DNA of 64,000 bases from Leucoraja erinacea (Eukaryota): the NCBI RefSeq assembly GCF_028641065.1, contig NC_073394.1, forward strand, positions 41,354,001-41,418,000. Direction: 5' to 3'. Below the pieces are notes generated by a model. It saw only the letters and a list, made by a program, of their open reading frames with translations. It was not told the DNA's origin and did not search any database. Shown one piece after another: positions 39,425 to 53,536 of this stretch. Position 1 is the first letter of the stretch, and each line of letters starts with the position of its first letter. The translations under genes and the position numbers were made by a program.

Positions 39425-40925
39425 CAGCTTTAAACAAAGCTTCAGACAAAGGCAAATACACTATAGGAACAAATGGTGTAAATTATAACATGGGGTTGCT
39501 TGCACGGTGGAGACACAAGGAACTGCAGATGCAGGAACATTGAGCAAAACACAAAGTACTGGAGGAACTCAGTGGGTCAGGCAGCATCCGTGGAGGGAAC
39601 ATCAAGGGTTCCGACTCCGAAGGTAATCAGTCCATTTCCTCTACAGGGAACTGATCCGCTGAGTTCCTCCAGCACTTTGTAATTTGCATGTACGGTGGAT
39701 CCGGTGGCGCTATGGTGGCTTAGGACACGCGCTGATCACCTCCGCACCGCAAAATGCCAAAAACCTATTGAAAATTTAAACCGGACATAACTAAAAATAC
39801 TCACCGGCAGATGTTCAGCAGTCGCGTAAGTGACGTCATCAGAACGCAACCCCGGTACTTTTAAAATGCCCATTAGGCGTTTGCCTAAACACCCGCGGAA
39901 ACATCAACCAGAAGTTACTGAAGGCCACGAAGAAGCCTCAACCTTGATTATGGCACACCCCCGAGAGGAAGCAGCAAGGCAACCTCCGGGTTTGGTGGAG
40001 GACATCCGTTCAACATGGTGTCAGGAGCTTTCGGCTGTGAAGGCAGAAATCTGTGACAAGATTGACAAGATTGATGCCCTTATAGAGGAGGTGAATGCCG
40101 ACTTGATAGGGGAAATCGACAGGCTTGAAACCGACATCAGCCATAAGTTGGAACCTATTCTTGCTACTTCACAAAAACAAAGCGAGGCTATTCGGGAATT
40201 GGAAACTACAGCGGCTTTAAATGACGAGACAACACACAGGCTGACAGCTGAGGTGGAACGTATCTCCGGGTTACTAGCTAAAGTAACGGAAAAAAATGTC
40301 TAGATTTGGAAGGGCGCTCTAAATGTCAGAACCTCAGGATTGTTGGAGTGAAAGAAGGCAAAGAACTTGGTTAAAATCTTCGAGATTTTACGGCTCAACT
40401 ACTTCAAGACATACTCTCTTTGGATGAAAAACCTAAACTTGACCGGGCTCACAGAGCTCTGAGAGGTAGGTCAGGCATCACTGCCCCACCAAGACATTTG
40501 ATCCTGTGGGTGCACCACTGCCATGTTCTAGAGGATATTCTGCAGAAAGTTGCCAGCAACAGAAACCTAACATTTCAAAGTGAAAACATACGAATCTTCA
40601 GAGACTTTCCTGCCAAAGTCGTTAAGAAAAAAACACTCTTCTCCAAGTCAAGAGCTATTCTGAGGGACATATCTGATCTCCGATTCGGCCTATTATATCC
40701 TTCCAAATTGCAAGTTACTTATAAAGGGGTTGAATCTTTCTTTACTGATCCTGATAAAGTATTCAAGTTTGCCCAGGACACTGTGGGATCCGTCAAGGGA
40801 TAAGTAATACTTTACTGACTTTGTACTGTGATGATAATCAATAAGTTTATACTGTGTTTATAATCAATAAGTTGTTATTAACCAACTCTAAGTCTGTAGA
40901 TTTATATGTTAAAACAGTATTAATA

Positions 40926-41402
40926 TACATCAATACCAACGCTTAAAATGTGGATTGCAAGTTTGTTGGACACCGCTCATCTTGAGGAAATGCGATTCCT
41001 CCTAATGGATAAATCAGACCAATTCCTAACGAGTTGGTCTCCATTCGTCGTTTTTTTGGAATCATATGGTGCAACACAATTGTAAAAAATAACTGTTTCA
41101 GGACTGGACAAGGGTTGGTCAAGATTATAAATAATGATCTCCTTTTCTTTTTTATTTTATTTTATTTTCTCTATTTTCTCTCTCAACTTTCTTCATTTAC
41201 TCGTTTTCTTTCTTCACACACTATATATTTCACATCCTTCGATCCTTTACTATCTAACTTCTTTTTCTTATTCTCATCTTTTTTCAATGTAACAAAAAAA
41301 AAAGAATTTGTACATAAAATGTATTATGAAAATATATATTAGGCACTTTGGTGCCATATGACTGTACTTACTTCTAATAAAATAAAGTATTAAAAAAAAA
41401 AC
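40926..41402 (+). mobile_element. Short 3' L1 fragment inserted in the inter-ORF region of L1-A
   Basis: Similar to the 3' end of the 20161-23881 L1; poly-A tail; 8-bp TSD tattaata (40918-40925 / 41403-41410). Confidence 0.8.
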
Positions 41403-43489
41403 TATTAATAGAAAGTTAAGTAATAAGTGCCGTATGTTAGTTAAATTTCTCAATATTCAACGACTTAGTTAGATCCCACTAAGATAATTAATGTTGATTC
41501 CCTGATGGATGTAAATATTTTAAAATATTTTTAAAGTTTGTTCTATTTAGTTTTTATTAACTCCTTAACCATATAACCATATAACAATTACAGCACGGAA
41601 ACAGGCCATCTCGACCCTTCTAGTCCGTGCCGAACACGTATTCTCCCATAGTCCTTAAGGTGCAGAGTTATCTAACATTATCTATCTTACGGAAGCTTTC
41701 ATTAACGTAACCACCATTGGGTGGTATTCACTAGCAACATCCTTATATGCTGTCATTTTTGTTGTTTCTCTTTTTCACTTTCTAATTTATTTACTAAAAA
41801 TCTCATCTATCTTTATTAATGCATATTTTTCTTGGAGATATCTGTGGGGGATAGGGGAAATGGGGATAGGGCTCACCCACCCAGCATTTAAAGGAAATAT
41901 TTCAAATAAGGTGTTGGACCATTTAAATCAAAAGAGACCATGTAAGCTTTAAAAAGCAAGATGATGTAGCTAGGAAAATAGGAGGAATCACATTTTGTAG
42001 TTGGAACGTTAGGGGCGTTAATGAGCCAATTAAAAGGGGTAAAATATTAACCCATTTAAAATCTATTAATGCTGATATAATATTTCTTCAGGAGACGCAT
42101 CTCAAAAATGGAACTCACAACAGGCTGAAGGGTAGGTGGATTGGACAATTATATCACTCTACGTTTTCTTCCAAAGCAAGAGGAACAGCAATTCTAATTC
42201 ATAAAGGTATACCATTCAAACATAAATCCACTATAGCTGATAAGGAAGGCAGGTACATTATAATATCAGGGGAATTGTATTCAACTCCATTGCACATGGT
42301 AAATATTTATGCTCCTAACTTCGATAATCCCCAATTTTTTAATAAAATATTTAATACAATTTCAGACTCTGGTCAGCATAATCTGATAATTGGGGGAGAT
42401 TTAAATTGGGTATTAGATCAATGAGAAATGTTGTCACCTGGCTCTGCCCTAGATTTTTCTTCTTCCAGTATCATGAACTATTAGGCTTTAACCCTTTACA
42501 TCCCACATGTTTTTTACAAGCAATATGGATAAAGTTATTAACTTCCTTTCATGGAATGTGAATGGCTTGAACCATCCCATTAAGAGGAAATTAAATGTAA
42601 AGTTCTTCGCAGACTAAATGCTCAGATTATCTTTGTTCAGGAAACTCGTGTAAGGCAAGAGGACAATCAACAATTTTTCAAGTTTTGGAGAGGACAGCAG
42701 TTTCATTCAAATTCACAGGCTAAGGTGCAAGGAGTCTCTATTTTTATTAACTCCTCGATTCCGTTTGTTCATTATGAAACCATTTCTGATCCATATGGTA
42801 GATTTTTGGTGATTATTGGTATTCTTTATAAGCAAAACGTTCCTATGGTGAATGGTTACACACCAAATATTGATCACCCTGAGTTTTTAAACATAAATTG
42901 CATCCTTTCCTAATTTAAATGAACATTTTTTAATAATGGGTGGAGATTTCAACTGCTGTTTGAACCCTTGATTGACAGATCTGCATCTGATCATGTGCTT
43001 CCAAATAAATCGGCTAGTTTTATCAATTATTTTTTACTTGACTCTGGAATGTTAGAGGTTTGGAGATTCTTACACCCAAATGACAAAGAACTTTCTTTTT
43101 TTTCTCATGTATATCATAGTTATTCTAGGATTGACTACTTTATAATAGATTCTCGGCTAGTTTCATGTGAGTATCTGGGTATGATGCAATTGCTATTTTC
43201 TGATCACGCCCCATTGAAACTATCAATCAAACTACCTGATTCCAAGTTTAGTGCTAAACAATGGCGATTTAATGCTACTTTGCTTCAAGATCTAAATTTT
43301 GTTAATTTTATTAAAGATCAGATTGCATTTTACTTCTTGACAAACTCTACTGAAGAAATATTCAATGCTGTAGTCTGGGATGCTTTTAAGGCATATATTC
43401 GTGGACAAATTATTTCAAATTCCGCGGGATTAAAAAATCAAACTCAAAAAGAAATACGTACATTGGCTGACGAGATTAAAGAAATTGAT

Positions 43490-45140
43490 GGGAGATGCCA
43501 GAGAGTAATGGTGGATGGTTGTTTGTCAGGTTAGAGGCCAGTGACTAGTGGGGTGCCACAGGGATCTGTGTTGGGTCCACTGTTGTTTGTCATGTACATC
43601 AATGATCTGGATGATGGTGTGGTAAATTGGATTAGTAAGTTTGCAGATGGTACTAAGATAGGTGGGGTTGTGGATAATGAAGTAGATTTTCAAAGTCTAC
43701 AGAGAGATTTATGCCAGTTGGAAGAGTGGGCTGAAAGATGACAGATGGAGTTTAATGCTGGTAAGTGTGAGGTGCTACATCTTGGCAGGACAAATCAAAA
43801 TAGGACGTACATGGTAAATGGTAGGGAAATGAAGAATGCAGGTGAACAGAGGGATCTGGGAATAACTGTGTGCAGTTCCCTGAAAGTGGAATCTCATGTA
43901 GATTGGGTGGTAAAGAAAGCTTTTGGTGTGCTGGCCTATATAAATCAGAGCATTGAGTATAGAAGTTGGGATGTAATGTTAAAATTGTACAAGGCATTGG
44001 TGAGGCCAACTCTGGAGTATGGTGTACAATTTTGGTCGCCTAATTGTAGGAAGGATGTCAACAAAATAGAGAGAGTACAGAGGAGATTTACTAGAATGTT
44101 GCCTGGGTTTCAACAACTAAGTTACAGAGAAAGGTTGAACAAGTTAGGGCTTTATTCTTTGGAGCGCAGAAGGTTAAGGGGGGACTTGATAGAGGTCTTT
44201 AAAATGATGAGAGGGATAGACAGAGTTGACATGGATAAGCTTTTCCCACTGAGAGTAGGGAAGATTCAAACAAGGGGACAAGACTTGAGAATTAAGGGAC
44301 TGAAGTTTAGGGGTAACATGAGGGGGAACTTCATTACTCAGAGAGTGGTGGCTGTGTGGAATGAGCTTCCAGTGAAGGTTACACAGAAAAGCTGGAGAAA
44401 CTCAGCGGGTGCAGCAGCATCTATGGAGCGAAGGAAATAGGCAACGTTTCGGGCCGAAACCCTTCTTCAGACTGATCGGGGGTGGGGGTGGGTCGGGACA
44501 AGAAAGGGAAAAGGAGGAGTAGCCAGAAGGCTGGAGGGTGGGAGGAGATAGTAGGGGAGCTGAGGAAGGGGAGGAGACAGCAAGGACTAACAGAATTGGG
44601 AGAATTCGATGTTCATGCCCCGGGGGTGTAGACTCCCCAAACGGAATATGAGGTGCTGTTCCTCCAATTTCCGGTGCTGCTCGCTGTGGCCATGGAGGAG
44701 ACCCAGGACAGAGAGGTCGGAGGCGGAGTGGGAGGGGGGGTTGAAGTGCTGAGCCACCGGGAGGTCAGCTTGGTTATTGCGGACCGAGCGGAGGTGTTCG
44801 GCGAAACGATCGCCCAACCTCCGCTTGGTCTCACCGATATAGATCTGCTGGCATCTAGAGCAGCGGACGCAATAGATGAGGTTGGAAGAGATGCAGGTAA
44901 ACCTCTGTCGCACCTGGAACGACTGCTTGGGTCCTTGAACGGAGTCGAGGGGGGAGGCAAAGGTGGTGGAGGCAGGTTCGTTTTTATCATTTAAAAATAA
45001 ATGGGATAGTTATATGGACGGGAAAGGAATGGAGGGTTATGGTCTGAGCGCAGGTATATGGGACGAGGGGAGAATACATGTTCGGCACGGACTAGAAGGG
45101 TCGAGATGGCCTGTTTCCGTACTGTAATTGTTATATGGTT
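43490..45140 (+). mobile_element. CR1 3' half inserted in L1-B, itself split by a Penelope fragment
   Basis: SGVPQGSVLGP, KFADGTK and LGLYSLERRR motifs; tail gttatatggtt; imperfect TSD attaaagaaatt / attaaaaaaatt. Confidence 0.88.
44378..44959 (-). mobile_element. Penelope-like element 3' fragment (GIY-YIG endonuclease and terminal repeat)
   Basis: NLIYCVRCSRC..IYIGETKRRLGDRFAEH..LHPRGMN. The CR1 sequence resumes exactly on the other side. Confidence 0.92.
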
Positions 45141-48100
45141 ATTAAAAAAATTAAAAAGCTCCTAGTTTAGAGCTCTATAAGAATAGAGTTGAACTTCAAT
45201 TGAGATATGATTTGTTATTAATATCACTAATTGAGAACCAGCTACTTAAAGCCAAAAGTCAATTTTATGTACATGGTGATAAATCTGGTAAATTACTCGC
45301 TAATCAGTTGAAAGCGGTGTCGGCCAAGCGTCAGATTACTAAAGTGAATAAACGGGATGGTACACTAACTGTAGACCATGACGAAATTAATAAATCCTTT
45401 CACGAATTTTATACCTCCCTATACCAATCTGAATTTTCTACTGATTCCAATATAATGCATGAGTTTTTAAGAAACTGAATTGCCAAATCTACCACATAAT
45501 GAGTCTCTGTTGTTAGACGAACCCATCACAGAAGAAGCAATACAGAAAGCAATCCTTTCAATGAATTCTGGTAAAGCTCCCGGTTTAGATGGGTTTACAG
45601 TAGAATTTTAAAACTATTTTTCAAATTTATTGTCTCCCTGTCTAGGCAAGGTTTTTAAAGAAGCCCTTTTAAGGAATAGATTACCACAATCTTTTTATGA
45701 AGCATCTATTTCTTTAATTCTTAAAAAAGATAAAGACCCTACTGAAGTGACATCATATAGACCTATATCAATGTTAAATGTAGATTCCAAAATTATTTCC
45801 AAAATATTAGTTATGAGAGTAGTTTCTCTGGTTATAAACTAAATCTTATTAAGAGTGAGCTTTTTCCATTAAATAATCTAGTTTCGAATTATGGATAGTT
45901 TCCACTTAGATTGACCGAAAGTTTTACTTATTTAGGTATTAAGATCACCAAGAAACACAAGCATTTATTTTAAGCTAATTTTATGCCTTTAATTGACCAC
46001 ATCAAACAACAGTTCACTAAATTGTCACCGATGTCCTTATCGTTAATCGGCCGATTCAATTCTATTAAAATGTTCATTTTACCTAAATTTCTGTATTTAT
46101 TTCAGACGATACCAATTTTTATTGCCAAATCTTTCTTTGATATTATTGATTCCAAAATTTCTTCATATATATGGCAGAATAAAAATTCCAGACTAAGTAA
46201 AAAATACTTACAGACATCAAAAAAAGATGGTGGTTTGGCACTGCCGAACCTTAGATTCTACTATTGGGCAATTAATTCTCGCTATCTAACATTTTGGACA
46301 AAAGATTTAGAGGATACCCAATGCCCAGGATGGATAAATCTTGAACGTGATTCCTTACAAGGGCTATTATTGGCTTCTATTCTAGGGGCCTCGTTGCCTT
46401 TTGCAATTATGAGATTGAATAAATATACGACTAACCCAATAATAAGACAAACGTTTCAATATGGTTTCAATTTCGTAAGTTTTTTGGACTAATTGATTTT
46501 ATCTTATCGAGTCCTTTCTTATCTAATTTTCTCTTCCAACCTAGTACTGATCAAGCCTTTTTGTTATGGAAGAGGAAGGGATTAGTATCTTATCGTGATT
46601 TGTTTTTGGATGGTTGTTTTATGTCTTTCGAACAACTCTCCAATAAATATAATTTACCTAATTCACACTTTTTTAGATATTTACAAATTAGACATTTTTT
46701 GAAGGCTACTCTACCCCTTTTTCCGCTACCACATCAAACCAAAATTTTGGAAACAATTTTACATTTGAACCCTTATCAGAAAGGATTAATAACGACTATT
46801 TATGAGTTGATTTTGAAATTACAAATAGAAATATTTGGTAAAATTAAAAATGACTGGGAAAGAGACCTCCAAATGTTTCTATCTATAGAGAAATGGGAGA
46901 GGATTCTTCAATTAGTCAATACCTCTTCAATGTGTGCCAGACACGCTTTGATACAATTCAAGGTGGGTCACAGAGTTCATATGTCAAAAGATAAGTTATA
47001 TTGTTTTTATGGTCATATAAATCCTACCTGTGACAGATGTAACTCTGAAGTGGCCTCACTGACCCATATGTTTTGGTCCTGCCCACTTTTGGAAAAATAT
47101 TGCAAATACATTTTTGATATTATTTCTGTAGTCTTAGGTATTGATTTATAACCTCATCCTATTACTGCAATTTTTGAGCTACCAATGTTAGATTCTATTC
47201 ATTTGTCCCACTCTGCCCATCGGTTGATTGCTTTTACCACATTAATTGCCAGAAGATCTATTTTATTTAAATGGAAAGACTCCGACCACACTCCATTGGT
47301 ACTCTGAAACGATATCATGTTTAAATTTAGAAAAAATCAGGAGTGATATTGTTGAACCCTTGGTTAAATTTGATAAGACTTGGGGAAAATTTATTCAACA
47401 CTTTCACACAACATAAATTGCTCCCTCTCTAACCGTTATAAAAACTATTTTACCTCTATATGGAGGAACGGACTTGACGACAAACAGACTTAAGTTGTTG
47501 AAATTCGCAGCTCAGATTCTGTTTTGCTGTTTTGCTTTGTTTCTTCCTTTTTTCCTTTTTCTTTTTTTTCTTTTTATCTTTGTGTTTTTTTTTCCACATA
47601 TACAAGTTTTCTTTTAAAGATTTAACTGTGTTTACATAGAGACCGGGAGGTCTATATTCAATGTGTATTTGGACAGGTTATACCTGTTATTAATGTAATC
47701 CTGATCCCTATATATCAATATCATTGATATGTTTATCATTATTCTTTTTGCTTTGTTCTGTTTTTGTTTTTTGGAAAGAAAACGAATAAAAAGATTTTAA
47801 AAGAAAGAAAGATCAATACTTGGATAAATCTTCACTTCAAAGGAAAAGTACATCAAAATCAAGTGACCTTTTAAATACCTATATAAACAACACAAACATA
47901 TGAGACGCATGGAGGATTGCCAATCCGTCTGGAAGAGAATACTCTTCTTATTCAGGTGTTCACAAAGTTTACACACAAATTGACTATTTCTTGGTTGACG
48001 CTAAACTTATCCCTTTTACCTATAATGCAAAATATCACAACATTATTATTTCGGATCACTGTCCTCTTACTTTTTCAGTAAGAAATGTGTAATAAACAAC

Positions 48101-51082
48101 CATTTTGGAGATTTAATCCACAAATACTAGCTGAGGCAAGTTATTGTTACCATCTGAAGCTACAGATGAAAACATTTTTTGAGACAAACGACAGCCCCGG
48201 TATTTCTCCATCTTTGCTGTGGGAAACATTTAAAGCCTATGTCAGAGGCTGTATTATCGCATACCAAGCTTTTCAAAATAAGAAAAATAAGACTGAACAA
48301 TTGGAATTAGAAAAACAGATAAAACTGTTAGACCTAGAAAAAACGGCTGACCCAACCATTGCAAAACATAATAAGATAGCTGCACTAAAATTTAAATTAA
48401 ACCAGATTCTCTCAGCAAAAATTATTAGGGTATTTCAATATACTAAACAGAAAAATTTTGAATTTGGTGATAAACCACACAAGCTACTAGCACACCAACT
48501 TCGCAAATTAGAGAATGACCGACCGTATTACACACAAAATTAGATCAGAAAAAGGAGATTTGCTTACATTGCCTAAAGATATCAATGGAAGATTCTTACA
48601 ATTCTACCAAACACTATATTCATCAAAAACAACAGTCGATCCTGCAAAGATGAAAAGCTTTCTGGAGAATTGCAATCTCCCATCACAAAATGAAGGGGAA
48701 CGGGATGAATTAGGCACAGAGATAACAACAAAATACATTGTAGAGACTATTAAATCATTGAAAAGTGGAAAAACGCCTGGGCTTAATAACAACATTTTTT
48801 TAAAAAAATGATTTAATTTCTCCACGTTTACATTACTTTACATTCAAGCATTTAAAGAACAGACTTTACCACAAACTCTTGCTGAATCAACTATTACATT
48901 AATTCCAAAAAAGATACAAATCTCAAGGAGCCTGTATCCTATAGGGCAATGGCCCTTTAAAATACGGATCAGAAGATACTAGCTAAGACTTTCGTTCGTA
49001 GATTAAGCCTAGTTATCGGTAAACTAATACATCCAGATCAAACTGGGTTTATACCTAAACGACACTCGTTTTAACCATATAAACATATAACAATTACAGC
49101 ACGGAAACAGGCCATCTCGGCCCTACAAGTCTGTGCCGAACAACTTTTTTCCCCCTTAGTCCCACCTGCCTGCACTCATACCATAACCCTCCATTCCCTT
49201 CTCATCCATATGCCTATCCAATTTATTTTTAAATGATACCAATGAACCTGCCGACACCACTTCCACTGGAAGCTCATTCCACACCGCTACCACTCTCTGA
49301 GTAAAGAAGTTCCCCCTCATGTTACCCCTAAACTTCTGTCCCTTAATTCTAGAATTTGAGACGTTGGTTTAACATAATATATTCACAGAGATTAAACAAT
49401 TATTTCTCGAGATGCAGAAAAGGCTTTCAACCAAGTGGAATGGTCTTATCTTTTCACAGTGTTGGATAAAATTCCAATTGGGAGAAAACTTTACGTTATG
49501 GGTGAAGCTTTTATACACTAATCCGACAGCTAGAATACCGACAAATCAAATGCTTACACCTAAATGTTATTTATCTAGGTGTAACAGACAAGGATGTGCC
49601 CTTTCTCCAATGTTATTTCCTTTAGCCATAGAACCCCTTGCCGAGAGTATCAGATCCCATTCAGGCATTTATGGATATAATACCAAACATACCTCCAATA
49701 AAATCTTGTTATATGCAGATGATGTACTTTTATACATTACTAATCCCCAAGTTAGTATTCCAAATGTTTTAAACATTATAAAACAATTTTGTTCTTTTTC
49801 TGGATACAGAATAAATTGGAACAAAAGTGAAATCATGCCAAGAAAAGAACAAGATCCTTCTCAACTCCTCAATTAATTCAGAATTGTTACTGAAATGTTC
49901 AGATATCTTGTAATTTACCAATATCCTATCTCCCTTATTGGTAGATTAAATGCCATAAAGATGATCTTCCTTCCGCAACTTTTATACTTATTCCAATCAA
50001 TACCGATATATCTCCCTAAAAGCTTTTTTTTAAAAAATTACTCTATTGTCACTAACTTTATTTGGGACTACAAAACCCACAGAATACACAAAAGATATTT
50101 GTGCAAATCCAAAGAAAATGGAGGATTAGCTCTACCTAATTTTCTTTTTTACTACTGGGCAACAAATATTAAAAATATAACTTTCTGGTTGGACGATACG
50201 TCAACATGTAAATTGGTTAAAAATGGAGAGGGAAGATTGTTTGCCTTTTAGTATGGGCGCGATCCTCCCATCTCCAATACATTTGAATAAGTCAACGTAT
50301 GAGCAAAATCCGATAATACATAGTACTGTCCGTATCTGGAAACAGCTGAAATTCAATCTTAAATTGAGAAATATGTCTCTCCTTCTTCCTATTGCAAACA
50401 TTCCCTCATTTCAACCGTCTACTTTAAATGTGGTGTTTGTTCAATTGAAGAACCTGGGAATCAATACTGTGGGAGACCTCTATAAGAAGGGGACTCTCTC
50501 TTCTTTTCAAGAACTACAGGAGAAATATCACTTGAATGCCAATAATTTTTTTAGATACCTTCAAATCCAAGATTACGTGAAAACATATACACAAGACTGT
50601 CCTTTTATGGGTCCAGATATATTAGACGATTGTTTGAATAGACATGCCGATACAAGTAAGTTGATATCTTACATTTATAACACTTCTAAATATTGACACC
50701 CCACCCTCTGAGATTTATAGGCGAGCATGGGAGGACGAGCTGGGTTCATCCATTTCAAAAGATATATGGGAGGAAATACAATACATTACTGTTCTTTAAA
50801 TGCCAGGCATTGCCTGATACAATTCAAATTATTGCGTTGGTTATACTACTCAAAGACCAAATTGGACAAGATCTTCCCAACTGTCTCCCCTCTTTGTGAT
50901 AAATGTCACTTTCAAGAAACCACCCTAACTCATTCTGTATAAAATAAGTTAACCTGTATAAAAATACAAAACTTCTGGACGGAAATATTCAATATCATTT
51001 CTAAAACACTTAAAATGCAATTGGAGCCAGATTCAAAACTAATAATATTAGGAATGTCAGAGGGCTGCCCTAATCTAACGAT

Positions 51083-52525
51083 ATAGAAACATAGAAAATA
51101 GGTGCAGGAGGAGGCCATTCAGCCCTTCGAGCCAGCACTACCATTCGTTGTGATCATGGCTGATCGTCCCCTATTAATAACCCGTGCCTGCCTTCTCCCC
51201 ATATTCCTTGACTCCACTAACCCCTAGAGCTCTATCTAACTCTCTCTTAAATCCACCCAGTGATTTGGCCTCCCCTCTGTGGCAGGGAATTCCATAAATT
51301 CACAACTTTCTGGGTGAAAAGGTTTTTTCTCACCTCAGTCTTAAATGACCTCCCCTTTATTCTAAGACTGTGGCTCCTGGTTCTGGACTCGCCCAACATT
51401 GGGAACATTTTTCCTGCATCTAGCTTGTCCAGTCCTTTTATAATTGTATATGTTTCTCCAAGATATCCCCTCATCCTTCTAAACTCCAGTGAATACAAAT
51501 CTAGTCTTTTAAGTCTTTCCTCATATGACAGTCCCGCCATCCCAGGGATCAATCTCGTGAACCTACGCTGCACTGCTTCAATCACAAGAATGTCTTTTCT
51601 CAAATTAGGAGACCAAAACTGTACACAATACTCCAGTGATTTGGCCTCCCCTCTGTGGCAGGGAATTCCATAAATTCACAACTTTCTGGGTGAAAAAGGT
51701 TTTTTCTCACCTCAGTCTTAAATGACCTCCCCTTTATTCTAAGACTGTGGCTCCTGGTTCTGGACTCGCCCAACATTGGGAACATTTTTCCTGCATCTAG
51801 CTTGTCCAGTCCTTTTATAATTGTATATGTTTCTCTAAGATATCCCCTCATCCTTCTAAACTCCAGTGAATACAAATCTAGTCTTTTAAGTCTTTCCTCA
51901 TATGACAGTCCCGCCATCCCAGGGATCAATCTCGTGAACCTACGCTGCACTGCTTCAATCACAAGAATGTCTTTTCTCAAATTAGGAGACCAAAACTGTA
52001 CACAATACTCCAGATCTGGTCTCACCAGAGCCCTATACAACTGCAGAAGAACCTATTTACTCCTATACTTGAGAAATCCTCCTAAGAGAAATCCTCTTGT
52101 TATGAAGGACAACATTCCATTAGCTTTCTTCACTGCCTGCTGTACCTGCACACCAACTTTCAGTGACCGGTGTACAAGGACACCCAGGTCTCGCTGTACC
52201 TCCCCCTAACCTAACCTAACCCCATTGAGATAATAATCTGCCCCCTTGTTTTTGCCACCAAAGTGGATAACCTCACATTTATCTATATTATACTGGATCT
52301 GCCACGAATCTGCCCACTCACTCAACCCTGTCCAGGTCACCCTGCAACCTACTAACATCCTCTTCACAGTTCACACTGCCACCCAGCTTTATGTCATCCG
52401 CAAACTTGCTAGTGTTGCTCCTAATTCCCTCTTCCAAATCATTAATATATATGGTAAACAGTTGCGGCCCCAACGCCGAGCCTTGCGGCACTCCACTCAC
52501 CACTGCCTGCCATTCTGAAAAGGAC
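51083..52525 (-). mobile_element. CR1 3' fragment with an internal ~376-bp tandem duplication
   Basis: Near-identical ORFs 51247-51603 and 51600-52040; units 51257-51632 and 51633-52009 are joined at ccag. Confidence 0.9.
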
Positions 52526-53536
52526 CTTATTGGATGAGGGTGGATCTTATAGAAACATATAAAATTATAAAAGGACTGAGGCACTCACACTTACAGGTTT
52601 TATAGTTCCTCTGGAAGGGGTGTGGCCTTCAAGAGAGAGAATCTCAACATTTGTTAAACACTAATAACTTTTATTTTTCATCGATGGGAAAAATCGTCTT
52701 GTTCTGCGCTGCGAAGCGGGACTCTGAGTAAGATGGGCAAAAATCACAGACGTAAGTGGCAGCGTTTTTTCTAAAATCAATATACAGAACAACAGGAAGT
52801 GGTCAAGATCAGACATTTAGTAATATATAGATAACTGTACGACCACATCCTTACCCAGACTCGATACCACAGCCACATTTGCTTCCTGGGGCCTGCCTGC
52901 GCCTCCATCTCATACCCCATGGCTTCCAGCTCCAGTTCCCTACCTCCCAGTTCGGACCCCAACCGGACCATCGGTACCGACTGGCCATCCACCGGCACAC
53001 CCAGCAATTCTCCAACCGGGCACTGAGATCCACCCTGGTCGCGATGTGCCGGCACCAGCAGGACCTCACATCAACACTCTCTGAACTTCAGGCCTCACTA
53101 ACCCATACTTGCAACAGACCCCAATTATATTTCATCCGCCCGAAGATCCACCTCTTCAATCAAAAATTCCTGGCCTACCTTACTTCCACAAGGACCTTAA
53201 ATTATCCCGCCTCCAGGCCGCTACCGACGCCCCGCGACACCCGCAGACTCCGGGCCCCAACTCTGGCCTGCATCGCCTGCCCGAGTCCCGCGACGCCATC
53301 TTGGCCACGAGGAGCGCCCTCAATACTCACCAGGACGCCGCCTTCACCGACCTCCACATCGATGCTGCCGCTGACCCTCAGCTGCCTACCGATGACGCCC
53401 AGCCTCGCCGCTTCTACGGTAACTCTGACCCCCTCCCCATCGCTGATTCCTCCGACCCTCGCCGCCCTCCGGGACCGCCCAGCCTCATCGCCGCTCCGGG
53501 CCTACCCGACATCGCCGCCGCACTGGGCCCGCCTAA

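Larger units (their letters stand above)
42423..47809 (+). mobile_element. L1-clade element B inserted in the L1-A endonuclease region; RT core deleted
   Basis: ORF2 start MDKVINFLSWNVNG at ~42524; SYRPISMLN jumps directly to FSGYKLN at ~45820; CDRC..HMFWSC C-terminus; A-rich tail; 8-bp TSD agatcaat (42415-42422 / 47810-47817). Confidence 0.88.
39692..51082 (+). mobile_element. L1-clade element A (5'UTR, ORF1 ~39866-40803, ORF2 from ~41965), fragmented by nested insertions
   Basis: ORF1 motifs LEGRS..NLRIVG, LDRAHR, IRIFRDF and LLYPSKL. The ORF2 EN start SWNVRG..FLQETHL breaks at 42422 and resumes at 47818. RT QGCALSP and YADD at ~49590-49725. Confidence 0.88.
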
